This document shows positions 1 to 11,009 of a stretch of DNA of 64,000 nt, in pieces. The position numbers were made by a program, and so were the translations under genes. The stretch comes from an uncultured Candidatus Actinomarina sp. (lineage in GTDB: Bacteria; Actinomycetota; Acidimicrobiia; Actinomarinales; Actinomarinaceae). Each line of letters starts with the position of its first letter. Position 1 is the first letter of the stretch. The stretch covers positions 15,860-79,859 of the forward strand of contig CACDQN010000003.1 of the NCBI GenBank assembly GCA_902555055.1, read 5' to 3'. Under the pieces are notes generated by a model, which made no database searches, was not told where the DNA came from, and saw only the letters and a program-made list of their open reading frames with translations.

Positions 1-1
1 A

Positions 2-2368
2 GGTACGGATCATGCAGGAATAATCACACAACTTTTAGTAGAAAAAGATTTAGAAGACTCTGGAGTAAATAAACATGACTTAGGAAGAGAAAATTTCCTT
101 TCAAAAGTGTGGGAGTGGAAAGAGAAATCTGGTGACAATATTACTAATCAAATGAAGACTTTAGGTATGAGTTGTGATTGGTCACGAGAAAGATTCACTA
201 TGGATGAAGGGTTATCAAAAGCAGTTCTTGAGGTATTTGTATCTCTTTTTGAGAAAGAATTAATTTATAAAGGAACAAGAATGGTTAATTGGGATACTAA
301 ATTAAAGTCTGCTGTTTCAGATCTAGAAGTGACTTCAGAAAGTAAAAAAGGTAGTTTATGGACAATAAAGTATAAATTAAATAATACTTTTTTATCTATT
401 GCAACTACCAGACCAGAGACACTTCTGGGTGATACTGCAGTTGCAGTAAATCCAGATGATAAGCGTTACAAAGATCTAATTGGAGAGACGATTCAAATTC
501 CTATAGTTAACAGAAATGTAAAGATTATTGCTGATCAATATGTTGATAAAGAGTTCGGCTCTGGTTGTGTAAAGATTACACCTGCACATGATTTCAATGA
601 CTACGAAATAGGAAAAAGACATAATTTAGACATGATTCAGTGTATTGACTTTGATGGAAACATAGTTAATGAGGAATTTATACCAAAAGAGTTAAGAGGC
701 CTAGATCGTTTTGAGGCCAGAAAAATAGTAATTGACCTACTAGATGATGCAAACTTATTAGAAAAAGTTGAGGATCATGAAATTCAAATACCTAAAGGTG
801 ATAGGTCTAAAACAATATTAGAGCCAATGGTCTCAGACCAATGGTTTGTTAAAACAGAAAAGTTAGCTAAAGATGCAATAAGAGTTGTTGAAGATGAAGA
901 CATTAAATTTATCCCTAAAAATTGGGAAAAAACTTACTTTGAATGGATGTACAACATTCAAGATTGGTGCGTCTCAAGACAGCAATGGTGGGGGCACAGA
1001 ATACCTGCTTGGTATGATTCAAGCAACAATGTTTATGTTGGTTTAAGTGAAGAAGATGTTAGGAAAAAATACAAATTAGACGAAGAAATAAACTTAGTAC
1101 AAGATGAAGATGTACTCGATACTTGGTTTTCCTCTGCTCTGTGGCCATTCAGTACTCTTGGTTGGCCTGAAGAGACAGAAGATTTATCATCGTATTATCC
1201 AACTACTCTCCTTGTAACTGGTTTTGATATTATTTTTTTCTGGGTAGCTCGAATGATTATGATGGGACTCTATTCAATGGATAAGATTCCATTTAGTGAC
1301 ATTTTAATTCATGGCTTAGTTCGTGATTCCAAAGGGAGAAAAATGTCTAAAAGCTTAGGCAACACAATGGATCCCTTAGAACTTTCAGAAAAGCATGGCG
1401 CAGACGCATTACGTTTTTCTTTAATTGAAAAAGCTAACCCAGGACAAGATGTACCTTTTGATGAAGAGTGGACAAAAGCAGCCAAAAAATTTGGAAATAA
1501 AGTCTGGAATGCATCAAAATTTGTTCATATCTATACAGAAAATTTTGAAAATCAAAAGTTGAATGAAGTGAAATTAGTTGAAAATAGATGGATTATTAAT
1601 CAATTTAATGAATGTATTGAACAATTTAATGAGTTATTTGAAAACTATAAAATATCTGATGCTTATAAATTACTGTATAATTTTCTTTGGTCTGATTTGT
1701 TTGATTGGTATTTTGAATTTTCAAAAAATTTGATTGAGGATGAAAGCACTAAACATGAAACACAGTATGTTCTGAAAAACATATTTAGTGAATCATTAAA
1801 GATGCTCAACCCAGCAATGCCACATATTACAGAAGAAATATGGTCTACTTTTAACAAAAATCTTCTTATTGATAATGATTGGCCAACTAAAATTATTGTA
1901 AATGAAACTGGTCATCATGAAGTCGATGAACTAAAAAATATTATTAATCAAATTAGGAATTTTAAGAGCAATTACAATCTCAAAAACAATCTAGTTATCG
2001 AACTTTCTCCCCAACAGCAATACCCTGAATGGTTTATATTTCAGATAGAAAAAATTGCTAAAGTAAAAATTTTAGATTCAAGTGTATCTTTAGATTCAAA
2101 TGAAATAACTTTAGTCTTTCAGTCGGGAAATTTTAAATTTGAAGTTTTAGCAAGTAAGTATGTTGATTTTGAAACTGAAAGAAAGAGATTAAATAATAAA
2201 ATGGATAAATTAAAAAAATCACTTTTAGTATCTGAAAAGCGATTATCTAATGATAAATTTATTAATAATGCAAAAGAAGATTTAGTCGATGCTGAAAAAG
2301 AAAATGTTAAAACTTTAACTTCTGAAATTGAAACAATTGAAGAAACTCTTTCATCATTCGATAAGTGA
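2..2368 (+). CDS. valS: Valyl-tRNA synthetase (5' end outside window)
   Basis: The frame is open from position 2 (GTDHAGIITQ...), so the ATG at 107 is internal. KMSKS loop (GRKMSKSLGN). C-terminal coiled coil (ERKRLNNKMDKLKK) typical of ValRS. Confidence 0.95.
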   Translation, partial: GTDHAGIITQLLVEKDLEDSGVNKHDLGRENFLSKVWEWKEKSGDNITNQMKTLGMSCDWSRERFTMDEGLSKAVLEVFVSLFEKELIYKGTRMVNWDTKLKSAVSDLEVTSESKKGSLWTIKYKLNNTFLSIATTRPETLLGDTAVAVNPDDKRYKDLIGETIQIPIVNRNVKIIADQYVDKEFGSGCVKITPAHDFNDYEIGKRHNLDMIQCIDFDGNIVNEEFIPKELRGLDRFEARKIVIDLLDDANLLEKVEDHEIQIPKGDRSKTILEPMVSDQWFVKTEKLAKDAIRVVEDEDIKFIPKNWEKTYFEWMYNIQDWCVSRQQWWGHRIPAWYDSSNNVYVGLSEEDVRKKYKLDEEINLVQDEDVLDTWFSSALWPFSTLGWPEETEDLSSYYPTTLLVTGFDIIFFWVARMIMMGLYSMDKIPFSDILIHGLVRDSKGRKMSKSLGNTMDPLELSEKHGADALRFSLIEKANPGQDVPFDEEWTKAAKKFGNKVWNASKFVHIYTENFENQKLNEVKLVENRWIINQFNECIEQFNELFENYKISDAYKLLYNFLWSDLFDWYFEFSKNLIEDESTKHETQYVLKNIFSESLKMLNPAMPHITEEIWSTFNKNLLIDNDWPTKIIVNETGHHEVDELKNIINQIRNFKSNYNLKNNLVIELSPQQQYPEWFIFQIEKIAKVKILDSSVSLDSNEITLVFQSGNFKFEVLASKYVDFETERKRLNNKMDKLKKSLLVSEKRLSNDKFINNAKEDLVDAEKENVKTLTSEIETIEETLSSFDK

Positions 2369-3519
2369 GTAGTCTAGAATCCTATTTACTTGAGAAATCA
2401 AATAAAAGAGGAAATAAGAATTTAAATCAAATCCGTTCCTTTTTTTCTGATAATGACCTAACAACACTACAAAATAATACGATTTCGTTAGTCGGGACAA
2501 ATGGTAAGTCTTCAACGGCATTGAATATTCACCATTTACTAACTTCGCTAAATCTTACCTCCTTGGTCTTCACATCTCCCCATTTAGTTGATTTTAAAGA
2601 AAGAATTACTACTAAGGAAAATATACAATATGATAAATTTTTAGAAAATATACAGTTATTTGAACGAAAGAATAATTTAAATTTAGGTTATTTCGAAGCT
2701 CTTTTTTTGATTGCATGTCAAACATTTCTTGATAACGATTTAGATTATTTTATTTGCGAAGCTGGGATAGGTGGGCTTTATGACACTACATCTATCATTC
2801 AAAGTAAGAAGGTAGTCATCACTTCAATTTCTCGTGATCATACTGAATTACTCGGTAATGAGTTGAAAGAAATTTTGAGACAAAAAATTAATATTTCTAA
2901 AAATATCAATAGGCTATTTACTGGAGATATATCAGATAAATTAATGAATATTATTAACACAGATTATAAACATATAAATCTTGTTAGTAATCTTCGAGAT
3001 TATCTTCAATTAAAAAAAATCAATATAAATAAAATTTCTACTGTTGAAAAGAATCACTATCTTGCTGTTATGACTCTTGATTTACTCCTAGAAGAAAAGT
3101 CATTTAATGATTTGATAAAAATATCACTTCCAAATAATCCTGGAAGATTTGAAATTATTCAAAATGAACCATTAAAGATAATCGATGGTGCACATAATTT
3201 AGAGGGTGTTCAAAATCTTATAGAAGATTTTCATCGAATAAAAAAGTCACAATTTGTAGATTTATTTGTAGGATTCAAAAAAGGAAAAGATTTTGTTGAA
3301 ATTTTAAATTTTATTGTAAGAAATCAAAATCATAGAATAAATTTAATTCAGGACAATACTTTTTTTGAGCAGCAAGAAGTAGCAAAAATTGCTGAATATT
3401 TAGATAAAATTAAGCAAAAGTATCAAATTGTATCTATAAACAAATTTATAGAAAATAAAAATCCTTCTATATTGCTAGGTAGTTTATATTTAATTGGGGA
3501 GTTTAAAAAGGAAATATAA
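2365..3519 (+). CDS. folC: Folylpolyglutamate synthase / dihydrofolate synthase
   Basis: Mur-ligase P-loop [10 protein letters not shown] and DGAHN motif ([10 protein letters not shown]). GTG start overlaps the valS stop (GTGA). The valS-folC-ndk order matches Actinobacteria. Confidence 0.8.
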   Translation: MSSLESYLLEKSNKRGNKNLNQIRSFFSDNDLTTLQNNTISLVGTNGKSSTALNIHHLLTSLNLTSLVFTSPHLVDFKERITTKENIQYDKFLENIQLFERKNNLNLGYFEALFLIACQTFLDNDLDYFICEAGIGGLYDTTSIIQSKKVVITSISRDHTELLGNELKEILRQKINISKNINRLFTGDISDKLMNIINTDYKHINLVSNLRDYLQLKKININKISTVEKNHYLAVMTLDLLLEEKSFNDLIKISLPNNPGRFEIIQNEPLKIIDGAHNLEGVQNLIEDFHRIKKSQFVDLFVGFKKGKDFVEILNFIVRNQNHRINLIQDNTFFEQQEVAKIAEYLDKIKQKYQIVSINKFIENKNPSILLGSLYLIGEFKKEI

Positions 3520-3917
3520 TGAAAACATTTTTTATGATAAAACCTGATGGTGTAAAAAGAAATCTTATCGGGGAAGTAATTACTCGAGTTGAAGAAAAAG
3601 GTTTTGAAATTACCAAAATTAAGATGATGATGATATCACAAGCACTTGCTGAAGAGCACTATGGAGAACATAAGGATAAGCCATTTTTTAATGATTTAGT
3701 AAAGTTTATAACAAGTGGTCCGGTTGTAGCTATGCAAGTTGAGGGAGAGAATGTTGTAGCACAAATTAGAAACTTGATGGGTGCAACAAACCCTTCTGAT
3801 GCTACTCCGGGCTCAATAAGAGGAGATTTAGCAACAGAACTTGATAAAAATGTTGTTCATGGTTCTGATTCTGATGCAAGCGCAGATAGAGAGCTAAATT
3901 TATTCTTTTCAGAATAA
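3519..3917 (+). CDS. ndk: Nucleoside diphosphate kinase
   Basis: 132 aa with FFMIKPDGV and the active-site His block [13 protein letters not shown] overlap with folC. Confidence 0.95.
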   Translation: MKTFFMIKPDGVKRNLIGEVITRVEEKGFEITKIKMMMISQALAEEHYGEHKDKPFFNDLVKFITSGPVVAMQVEGENVVAQIRNLMGATNPSDATPGSIRGDLATELDKNVVHGSDSDASADRELNLFFSE

Positions 3918-3958
3918 AAAATTTTAAATGTACCTTTAATAGATTAATCTAGGTATAC

Positions 3959-5002
3959 ATGGCTGGTTTAAATTTAAGAAGAACTTTATTTGGTGGTAAT
4001 GATATTGCCATCGACTTAGGCACTGCTAATACTCTTATATATGTAAAAGGAGTTGGTGTAGTGATTGACGAGCCCACACTGCTTGCAGTTAATAAAAATG
4101 ACAATTCTGTAATTACTATTGGAAAAGAAGCAAAAAAACTTGTCGGACGAGTTCCAGACACTATTGAGTTAGTGAAGCCATTAAGGGACGGAGTTATTTC
4201 GGAAATCGAAATGGCTGAAGAGTTAGTTAAGACATTATTAACCAAAGCAATTGGAAGAGCATATTCAAGACCCAGAATTGTAATTTGTGTTCCTAATGGT
4301 GTTACAAGTGTAGAACAAAGATCAATAGAGACTGCAGCCCATGCTACTGGAGCATCTGAAGTATTTACAATTGAGGAACCAATGGCGGCTGCAATTGGTA
4401 GTGGTTTAAATATTTTTGAACCTTACGGGAATATGATAATTGATATTGGTGGTGGCACTACTGAAATAGCTGTTATTTCAATGGGAGATATCGTAAATGC
4501 TAACTCAGTCAGAGTTGGTGGAGAAGACATGACAGAGGTTTTAATAGACTGGTTAAGATCAGAACATCAAATACTTATTGATTCAGGAATTGCAGAAAGT
4601 ATTAAACATGCAATTGGATCAGCATATCAATATGATAGGGAACCGCAAGTTACAGTAACTGGTCGAGATATTGTAAAAGGGATACCAAAACAAGTACTTT
4701 TAGAAGCAAGTGATGTAAGAAATGCATTATCACCTGTAGTGAATAATATAGTTGAGGCAATAAGACTTTCACTATCTCAAACCCCTCCAGCATTAGTTTC
4801 AGATATTGATAAAGATGGAGCCTGGATAACTGGCGGAGGTTCTTTATTAAAACAAATGGATAAAAGAATTGCTGAAGATTTAGGAATTCCAATTAATACT
4901 TCTGAAGATCCATTGAGCTCAGTGGTTATAGGTTCTGGAATATGTTTAGAAAGATTTCAAGACTATAAATCAATATTAAAACTATCTCCAAAACCAAATT
5001 AA
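3959..5002 (+). CDS. mreB: Rod-shape determining actin homologue MreB
   Basis: Actin-fold phosphate motifs IAIDLGTANTLIY and DIGGGTTEIAVIS. Heads the mreBCD-mrdA-rodA block. Confidence 0.95.
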   Translation: MAGLNLRRTLFGGNDIAIDLGTANTLIYVKGVGVVIDEPTLLAVNKNDNSVITIGKEAKKLVGRVPDTIELVKPLRDGVISEIEMAEELVKTLLTKAIGRAYSRPRIVICVPNGVTSVEQRSIETAAHATGASEVFTIEEPMAAAIGSGLNIFEPYGNMIIDIGGGTTEIAVISMGDIVNANSVRVGGEDMTEVLIDWLRSEHQILIDSGIAESIKHAIGSAYQYDREPQVTVTGRDIVKGIPKQVLLEASDVRNALSPVVNNIVEAIRLSLSQTPPALVSDIDKDGAWITGGGSLLKQMDKRIAEDLGIPINTSEDPLSSVVIGSGICLERFQDYKSILKLSPKPN

Positions 5003-5006
5003 TTCG

Positions 5007-5801
5007 ATGCTAGAGGCCCAATCAAAACCCAAAAGAAACTATGTGCTTTACATCCTCTTTATTTTTTTAAGTAGCCTTCTAATACTTGTTGATTATTTTT
5101 CCAGCAAGGAAATATCAAGCTATATTCCCAGAACCGTAACTTTTGAAATTAACTTAAATGTTTTTGAAACAACTTTTATTGATTCTTTTAATTCTTTACT
5201 TACATCAAGGGCTGAACTAGCATCTGAAAATATAAGATTAGAACAGGAAATAAACAACCTTCGGTCTTTAGAGATAGAAAATAAATCTCTAAAAGAAAAA
5301 ATCGACTCTTTTGAAAATATTTCACTTATAAAAAGTTTTAATAATTTTAATTTTATAGAAACCTCTTTGATTATTAAAAATTCATCAAATGAATTTTTAA
5401 TTTCAGGAGGTACAAATCAAAATTTTCAAAATGGAGATATAGTCTTAGATGAGAGAGGATATGTTGTAGGGTATTTAAGAGAAGTTTTCTATTCCTATTC
5501 TATATTGGAGACCTTTCTATCACAAAGCTTCAAAATTCAGTTACTAGATAAATACAACAATGAATATTTACTATCTTCTGATGGTTATCAGCTTTCTCTT
5601 GCCTCAATTAATATTTCTACATTTGATTCAGATATAGACTTTTTGTTTACCGATATTTTATATAATCACGCTGGTAAATTTCCAGTTGTTGATACTAGAA
5701 CTATTAATTTTGATTTAGTTAATAATCAAATCAATTCATCTTTTAAGTTTTCTAATATTTTTACTTTTAATACGAAACTATTTATCCCAAAGTCAAAATG
5801 A
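5007..5801 (+). CDS. mreC: Rod-shape determining protein MreC
   Basis: N-terminal TM helix, coiled coil (ENIRLEQEINNLRSLEIENKSLKEKI), then a beta-rich region. Lies directly after mreB. The sequence itself is weakly conserved. Confidence 0.7.
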   Translation: MLEAQSKPKRNYVLYILFIFLSSLLILVDYFSSKEISSYIPRTVTFEINLNVFETTFIDSFNSLLTSRAELASENIRLEQEINNLRSLEIENKSLKEKIDSFENISLIKSFNNFNFIETSLIIKNSSNEFLISGGTNQNFQNGDIVLDERGYVVGYLREVFYSYSILETFLSQSFKIQLLDKYNNEYLLSSDGYQLSLASINISTFDSDIDFLFTDILYNHAGKFPVVDTRTINFDLVNNQINSSFKFSNIFTFNTKLFIPKSK

Positions 5802-6244
5802 AAATTATAAACTCACTATTAAGCTTGATATCTTTTTCAATTATTTTGCTTTTTGAAAATTTTCTTAATTTAATAATTTCTAACACGTACATATCTATTG
5901 TTCCCTTTTATATACTTTTGTTTATATTTTCTTTAAAAAGATTTAATAATAGAAATATTTTTCCAATTATGGGATCAGGTATTCTTTATGATATATTTTT
6001 GAGTGAAAATTATTTAGGCGTATATGCAATAGTTTTTTTATTAACCGCTGTATCTATCAATTATATCTATGAAAAAGTAATTGATTTTAATTTTAAATTA
6101 CCCTTTATTTTTGCTTTTAATTATCTAATATATAATATTCCCAATATTTTGAACCCCAATATTTTCTCTATCATTGCTCTTTCTGTATTTATAAATTATT
6201 TATTATTTATATTATTAAAAAGAGTGATGAGGTTTCGTGTTTAA
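5798..6244 (+). CDS. mreD: Rod-shape determining protein MreD (by position)
   Basis: 148 aa, almost entirely hydrophobic with multiple TM helices. ATGA overlap with mreC and 8-bp overlap with mrdA. The call rests on synteny. Confidence 0.55.
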   Translation: MKIINSLLSLISFSIILLFENFLNLIISNTYISIVPFYILLFIFSLKRFNNRNIFPIMGSGILYDIFLSENYLGVYAIVFLLTAVSINYIYEKVIDFNFKLPFIFAFNYLIYNIPNILNPNIFSIIALSVFINYLLFILLKRVMRFRV

Positions 6245-8072
6245 TAAATATAGATTAAATTCTGTTCTAATACTATTTTCTATATTTTCAGTTGTAATAT
6301 TTAGTGAGCTGTTCGTCTTACAAGTATTAGATAATGAAGAAAATGCTCAACAAATTGAAAATCAAAATTTTGAAGTATTTTATATACCAGCTGCTAGGGG
6401 AGAAATATTTGATATTAATGGTAATAAGTTAGCTTCTAGTATTCTTGAACCCTATCTTTTTTTAAATCTTAAAAAAATAAATGAAGACAATAAAAAAACT
6501 TATACTCAACTTATCCAGTTTAATTTTAAAGAGATTAGTAATTCAGAGATTGAAGAATTTTTTAAATCCAAAGATCTATTCATTAAAATAATAAATCTAT
6601 CCCAATATGACCCGGAAATAAGGATAAGGCTTTTAGACTTCGAAGCTTTCGAGGTATTTAATTTGCCAACTAGATTTTACCCCTACAATGAACTTTTTTC
6701 TCATGTCATTGGATATGTTGGAAATCCAAACAAGGATGAACAAAATAATTTTCCTAATTCTATAAACAATAAGTTGGTAGGAAAAACTGGACTGGAAAGA
6801 TATTATGAAAATATTATAAGCGGTACTGCATCTGAAGTAATTGTTCAAAATGGAAACATTGTAGAGATAAAGCCATCAGTATCTGGTAAAGATATTCAAC
6901 TTGTATTAAATACTAAAACTCAAAATGTTGTAAAAGAATCCCTTCAGGAGGGGATTATTTTAGCAAATAAAAATTTTGAAACTACAAATATGATTGAAAG
7001 GGGAGCAGTCGTTGTTCAAAAAATTGATACTGGAGAAATAGTTTCAATGGTATCTCTCCCTGACTTTGATCCAAATCAATTTGTACTTGGAATATCTGAA
7101 TTTGACTTTAAGCAACTAAATAGAACTCAAGCATTTAATAATTTTGCAATTCAAGGATTATATCCACCTGGCTCAGTGTTTAAAGTAGTAGCCTATTGGC
7201 TTGCTTTAAATGAAGGTATTTTCCCAGAAACAGCAATAAATGCCCAAGATTATATTGATTGCGAAGGAAGTCTTTCTTTTGGATTTGACGATGGTTCTAA
7301 GCAGGTCTACCAAGATTGGAAACCTGATGGCCATGGGAAAGTTAATTTAAGTCAAGCAATGAAACAGTCTTGTAATGTTTACTTTTGGGATATTGCATTA
7401 AAAATATGGAGAACATTTGGAAACACTGACTCAGAAGCTCTACTTCAGGAGTATTCTAAACAGCTAGGATTTAGCTCCCTTTCTAACATAGATCTACCAT
7501 TCGAGAAAGAGGGAGTTGTACCTGATCGTGAGTTATTCGAAGAATGGACTATTTCAAGGCCAGAATTGGTTAGGCCAGAAGGCTGGTTGGGTGGAGATCT
7601 GATGAATTTAATTATTGGTCAAGGAGCAATTACTACAACTCCTGTTCAGGTTTCAAACGCATATAGAACATTGTTAACAGGAGAGAAGTCATCACCTTTT
7701 ATCTCACTTGAAAGTTCTAATAACATTATTGAAAAAATTAATATCAGTGATGAATTTGTTAAATTTTTATTAGATGATTTAAATTTAGTTACCAATCCAG
7801 GTGGTACGGCATATAGATCTTTTCAGATTATGGGTGACCAAATATTTGATATTGGTGGAAAAACTGGAACTGCTCAAAATGCAGGAGATTTAAACAACAC
7901 TTCATGGTTTGTAGGAGTTGACTCAATTTCAGATCCTAAGTATATCGTTGTTACTGTTGTTGAAGAAGGGGGATCAGGGAGTGCTGTTGCTGCACCGATA
8001 TCTAGAAGAATAATCCAGCATCTTAGAGAATCTGAGCTAACACCAGTAGAATTTGGAGAAATTACAGAATGA
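6237..8072 (+). CDS. mrdA: Penicillin-binding protein 2 (elongasome transpeptidase)
   Basis: N-terminal TM anchor. Transpeptidase triad SxxK (GSVFK), SxN (SCN) and KTG (KTGTA). GTG start inside the mreD stop region. Confidence 0.85.
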   Translation: MFNKYRLNSVLILFSIFSVVIFSELFVLQVLDNEENAQQIENQNFEVFYIPAARGEIFDINGNKLASSILEPYLFLNLKKINEDNKKTYTQLIQFNFKEISNSEIEEFFKSKDLFIKIINLSQYDPEIRIRLLDFEAFEVFNLPTRFYPYNELFSHVIGYVGNPNKDEQNNFPNSINNKLVGKTGLERYYENIISGTASEVIVQNGNIVEIKPSVSGKDIQLVLNTKTQNVVKESLQEGIILANKNFETTNMIERGAVVVQKIDTGEIVSMVSLPDFDPNQFVLGISEFDFKQLNRTQAFNNFAIQGLYPPGSVFKVVAYWLALNEGIFPETAINAQDYIDCEGSLSFGFDDGSKQVYQDWKPDGHGKVNLSQAMKQSCNVYFWDIALKIWRTFGNTDSEALLQEYSKQLGFSSLSNIDLPFEKEGVVPDRELFEEWTISRPELVRPEGWLGGDLMNLIIGQGAITTTPVQVSNAYRTLLTGEKSSPFISLESSNNIIEKINISDEFVKFLLDDLNLVTNPGGTAYRSFQIMGDQIFDIGGKTGTAQNAGDLNNTSWFVGVDSISDPKYIVVTVVEEGGSGSAVAAPISRRIIQHLRESELTPVEFGEITE

Positions 8073-9145
8073 TAAATAGAAAAATTACTTTACTAGGCCC
8101 AGAAGGTACCAACCTTTATGTAATATTCCAATTCCTTCTTTTTAATGTTATTTCTTGGTTTACCTTGTTCAATATAACATCTGAACTTTCATTTAGTCTT
8201 GAAAATATCCTTGTACGGCAAATTATATTTACAATTTTAGGATTGATTGTATTTTTCTTTTTTACATACATTCCTATAAGTAACATAATTTCTTTGAGTA
8301 ATATTTTAATGATTTCCTCTACTCTTTTATTGCTTGGCGTACTTTTTACCGAAGAAAGTTTAGGTGCTAGGAGACGTTATGACTTAGGTATTTTTGACTT
8401 TCAGCCATCAGAATTTACAAAAGTTGTATTTGTAATATTTATCGCAAACGCATTGTCCAAGAAAAATAATAATTTTTTAACAATAGGTTTGGTAATTACC
8501 AATCTTCTTTTAATTTATATCCAGCCCGATTTAGGTACAACGGTAATTTTATTATTACTTGTATTCTTTATGTTTTTCCTAACAGATATAAAGTTTAAAA
8601 ATATAGTAGCCTTCTCATTGCTAACATTTATTGCATTTTTTGTACTTTTAGAATTTAATTTAGTAAATACTTTTCAAATTGATAGGATAACTGATTTTTA
8701 CTCTAATGAAGTTAAAGACTTTTCCCAGCAACAAAGTCGCTTACAAATTTCTTTAGGTGGTTTTCTAGGTGAAAACTTATCTAACACCAGCAATATTGAT
8801 ATATTTGTTCCTGTTCAAACAACTGATTTCATTTTTTCATCTTTTTCTAAGTCATTTGGCTTTTTAGGTTGTGTAATTCTTTTAAGCTTTTGGTCTATAT
8901 TTGGATTTAGAGTTTATTCACTGATAATTAAAACTGAGTCAAATTTTGAGAAGTTTTTGCTTTCCGGATTCATGATACTTTTATATCTCCAAATTTTTAT
9001 TAACATAGCAACAGTTCTAGGTTTAATTCCTTTGACTGGTGACCCATTCCCACTACTTAGTCTTGGAGGGTCATCAATAATTGCAATATCTTCTATTTTT
9101 GGAATAATTAACAGAATTTTTATTGAGAATAACCTTGTGATTTAA
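8069..9145 (+). CDS. rodA: SEDS-family peptidoglycan polymerase RodA
   Basis: Polytopic membrane protein with FtsW/RodA motifs PSEFTKV and QPDLGT. ATGA overlap with mrdA. Confidence 0.85.
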   Translation: MINRKITLLGPEGTNLYVIFQFLLFNVISWFTLFNITSELSFSLENILVRQIIFTILGLIVFFFFTYIPISNIISLSNILMISSTLLLLGVLFTEESLGARRRYDLGIFDFQPSEFTKVVFVIFIANALSKKNNNFLTIGLVITNLLLIYIQPDLGTTVILLLLVFFMFFLTDIKFKNIVAFSLLTFIAFFVLLEFNLVNTFQIDRITDFYSNEVKDFSQQQSRLQISLGGFLGENLSNTSNIDIFVPVQTTDFIFSSFSKSFGFLGCVILLSFWSIFGFRVYSLIIKTESNFEKFLLSGFMILLYLQIFINIATVLGLIPLTGDPFPLLSLGGSSIIAISSIFGIINRIFIENNLVI

Positions 9146-9198
9146 CTTTCTAATACTACTACTCTTTAAATATGTTAAGTTTTAATAATTGTCTTCAC

Positions 9199-9203
9199 GG
9201 AGG
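9199..9203 (+). promoter_or_regulatory. Shine-Dalgarno (GGAGG) for rne
   Basis: GGAGG lies 5 nt upstream of ATG 9209. It is one of very few strong SD sites in this window and supports the long form of the rne ORF. Confidence 0.5.
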
Positions 9204-9208
9204 TTTTA

Positions 9209-10675
9209 ATGTTTGGTCTATTCAAGAAATCAAAAATAGTCAGAAAAAGTAATAATTTAGACGACACGACTACCAAATGGTTTAATGGTCAGAAAGTAAA
9301 AATTAAATCTGGTACTACATCTGTATCTAATCGTAGAAATCAAAATAGGAAACAAAAAAATCCTACATGGTTTAGAGAGACACCTCTCCCTGTACCATCT
9401 GTAGAAAAGAAGCAGATGTTAATAAGTTCATCAAATGGAGTTTCTAAAGTAGCTATTTTAGAAGGACCAACTTTGGTTCAGTATTATTCATCTGAAAACA
9501 CAGGAAAATCAAAAGTAGGAAATATCTATCTTGGAAAAGTCAAGAATGTATTACCTGGAATGGAAGCAGCATTTGTTTCTTTTGGAGAAGAAAAAAATGG
9601 TGTTCTTTATGTTGCAGACATAGAAGGTTCAACAAAAGGCTCTAAAATTGAAAACTTGTTAAAACCTGATCAAGAAATTTTAGTTCAAGTTGTTAAAGAT
9701 GCTATGGGAGAGAAAGGAGCTCGTTTGACAGGTCAAATTTCACTACCTGGAAGATATCTTGTACTCATTCCTAATTCAAAAACTAAAGGTATTTCAAGAA
9801 GATTGTCAGATAATGAACGTGATAGATTAGATCGAATCATAAGAAAAATTAAGCCAAACAATTTTGGTGTAATTGTGAGGACAGCTTCAGAAGGTGTCAG
9901 TGAAGCGTCTCTAAAGGTAGACATAGATAAGCTTGTTTCAGAATGGGAGACTGTAAGTAATTATAAAAGTGGTGACGCACCGAAATTGATACATCAAGAA
10001 CCAGATGTTTTTTTGAAGGTTATAAGGGAACACTTAAATACTTCATTCAAGAAGTTATTGATTGATCAAAGATCACAGTTTGAGGAAATTAAGGATTATG
10101 TTCAACAAACTTCTCCAGAGATAGTCGGAATAATTGACCATTATCAGGACGAATTGAATTTATTTGAAAGATATCACATTGAAGATCAAGTTAAGAAAGC
10201 CCTTGATAGAAAGGTATGGTTACCATCAGGTGGTCACTTAATTATTGATCCAACAGAGGCATTGACTGTTATAGATGTTAATACAGGTAAATTTGTTGGA
10301 AAAAATAGCCTTGAAGAGACAGTTTTTGAAAATAATATTGAAGCGGCGGAAGAAATTGCAAGGCAACTTAGATTAAGAGATATCGGAGGAATAATAGTCA
10401 TTGATTTTATTGATATGGAATCTATTAAGAAACAGCAAAGTTTATTAAATAAATTTAAACAGGAATTAGCAAAAGATAAAACAAGAACTCAAGTCTTTGA
10501 TATTTCAAGGCTTGGTTTAGTTGAAATGACAAGAAAAAATGTAGCTGCTGGGTTAATTGAAAGCTTTTCAGATGAATGTGAAAAATGTAATGGTAGAGGA
10601 TTAATTATTAATAATTCATTTTCTAACAAATCGATAGAAGATGGTTTGCTTGAGTCGGAAGCTGTAGTAGAGTAG
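9209..10675 (+). CDS. rne: Ribonuclease E/G family endoribonuclease (minimal form)
   Basis: S1 domain (GNIYLGKVKNVLPGMEAAFVSFG), catalytic core (LTVIDVNTGKF) and a Cys pair CEKCNGRG near the C-terminus. Conserved position upstream of rplU-rpmA-obg. Confidence 0.8.
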   Translation: MFGLFKKSKIVRKSNNLDDTTTKWFNGQKVKIKSGTTSVSNRRNQNRKQKNPTWFRETPLPVPSVEKKQMLISSSNGVSKVAILEGPTLVQYYSSENTGKSKVGNIYLGKVKNVLPGMEAAFVSFGEEKNGVLYVADIEGSTKGSKIENLLKPDQEILVQVVKDAMGEKGARLTGQISLPGRYLVLIPNSKTKGISRRLSDNERDRLDRIIRKIKPNNFGVIVRTASEGVSEASLKVDIDKLVSEWETVSNYKSGDAPKLIHQEPDVFLKVIREHLNTSFKKLLIDQRSQFEEIKDYVQQTSPEIVGIIDHYQDELNLFERYHIEDQVKKALDRKVWLPSGGHLIIDPTEALTVIDVNTGKFVGKNSLEETVFENNIEAAEEIARQLRLRDIGGIIVIDFIDMESIKKQQSLLNKFKQELAKDKTRTQVFDISRLGLVEMTRKNVAAGLIESFSDECEKCNGRGLIINNSFSNKSIEDGLLESEAVVE

Positions 10676-10682
10676 TTGAGTT

Positions 10683-11009
10683 ATGAGTAAATATGCAGTT
10701 ATAAAAATTGGTTCTTCACAAGAACGAGTCTCTATTGGAGACAAATTAGTTGTATCTAATAGCTTTTCAGACACTTCTTTAACTCCAATTTTAGTTAGCC
10801 CAAGGAAAGGTCAGCTAGTTACTGAAGAAAAAGAACTTAAAAATTTTAAAGTTGAAATTGAGCTTTTAGATGAAACTAAATCAAAAAAGATTCGCATTTT
10901 TCAATATAAAAATAAAACTGGCAATAGAAGACGTATGGGATATAGAGAAGACAATAAGATTATTAAAATTAAGAATATCGCAGGCCTTGAAGGTAGTGAG
11001 GAGGAGTAA
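10683..11009 (+). CDS. rplU: 50S ribosomal protein L21
   Basis: N-terminus [16 protein letters not shown] matches the L21 pattern. 108 aa, directly followed by L27. Confidence 0.9.
   Translation: MSKYAVIKIGSSQERVSIGDKLVVSNSFSDTSLTPILVSPRKGQLVTEEKELKNFKVEIELLDETKSKKIRIFQYKNKTGNRRRMGYREDNKIIKIKNIAGLEGSEEE

Noticed and set aside
9172-9252. 26-codon upstream ORF overlapping the rne SD and start, as a regulatory uORF
   Set aside because: It is out of frame with rne, has no SD of its own and has no supporting structure. It is likely fortuitous.
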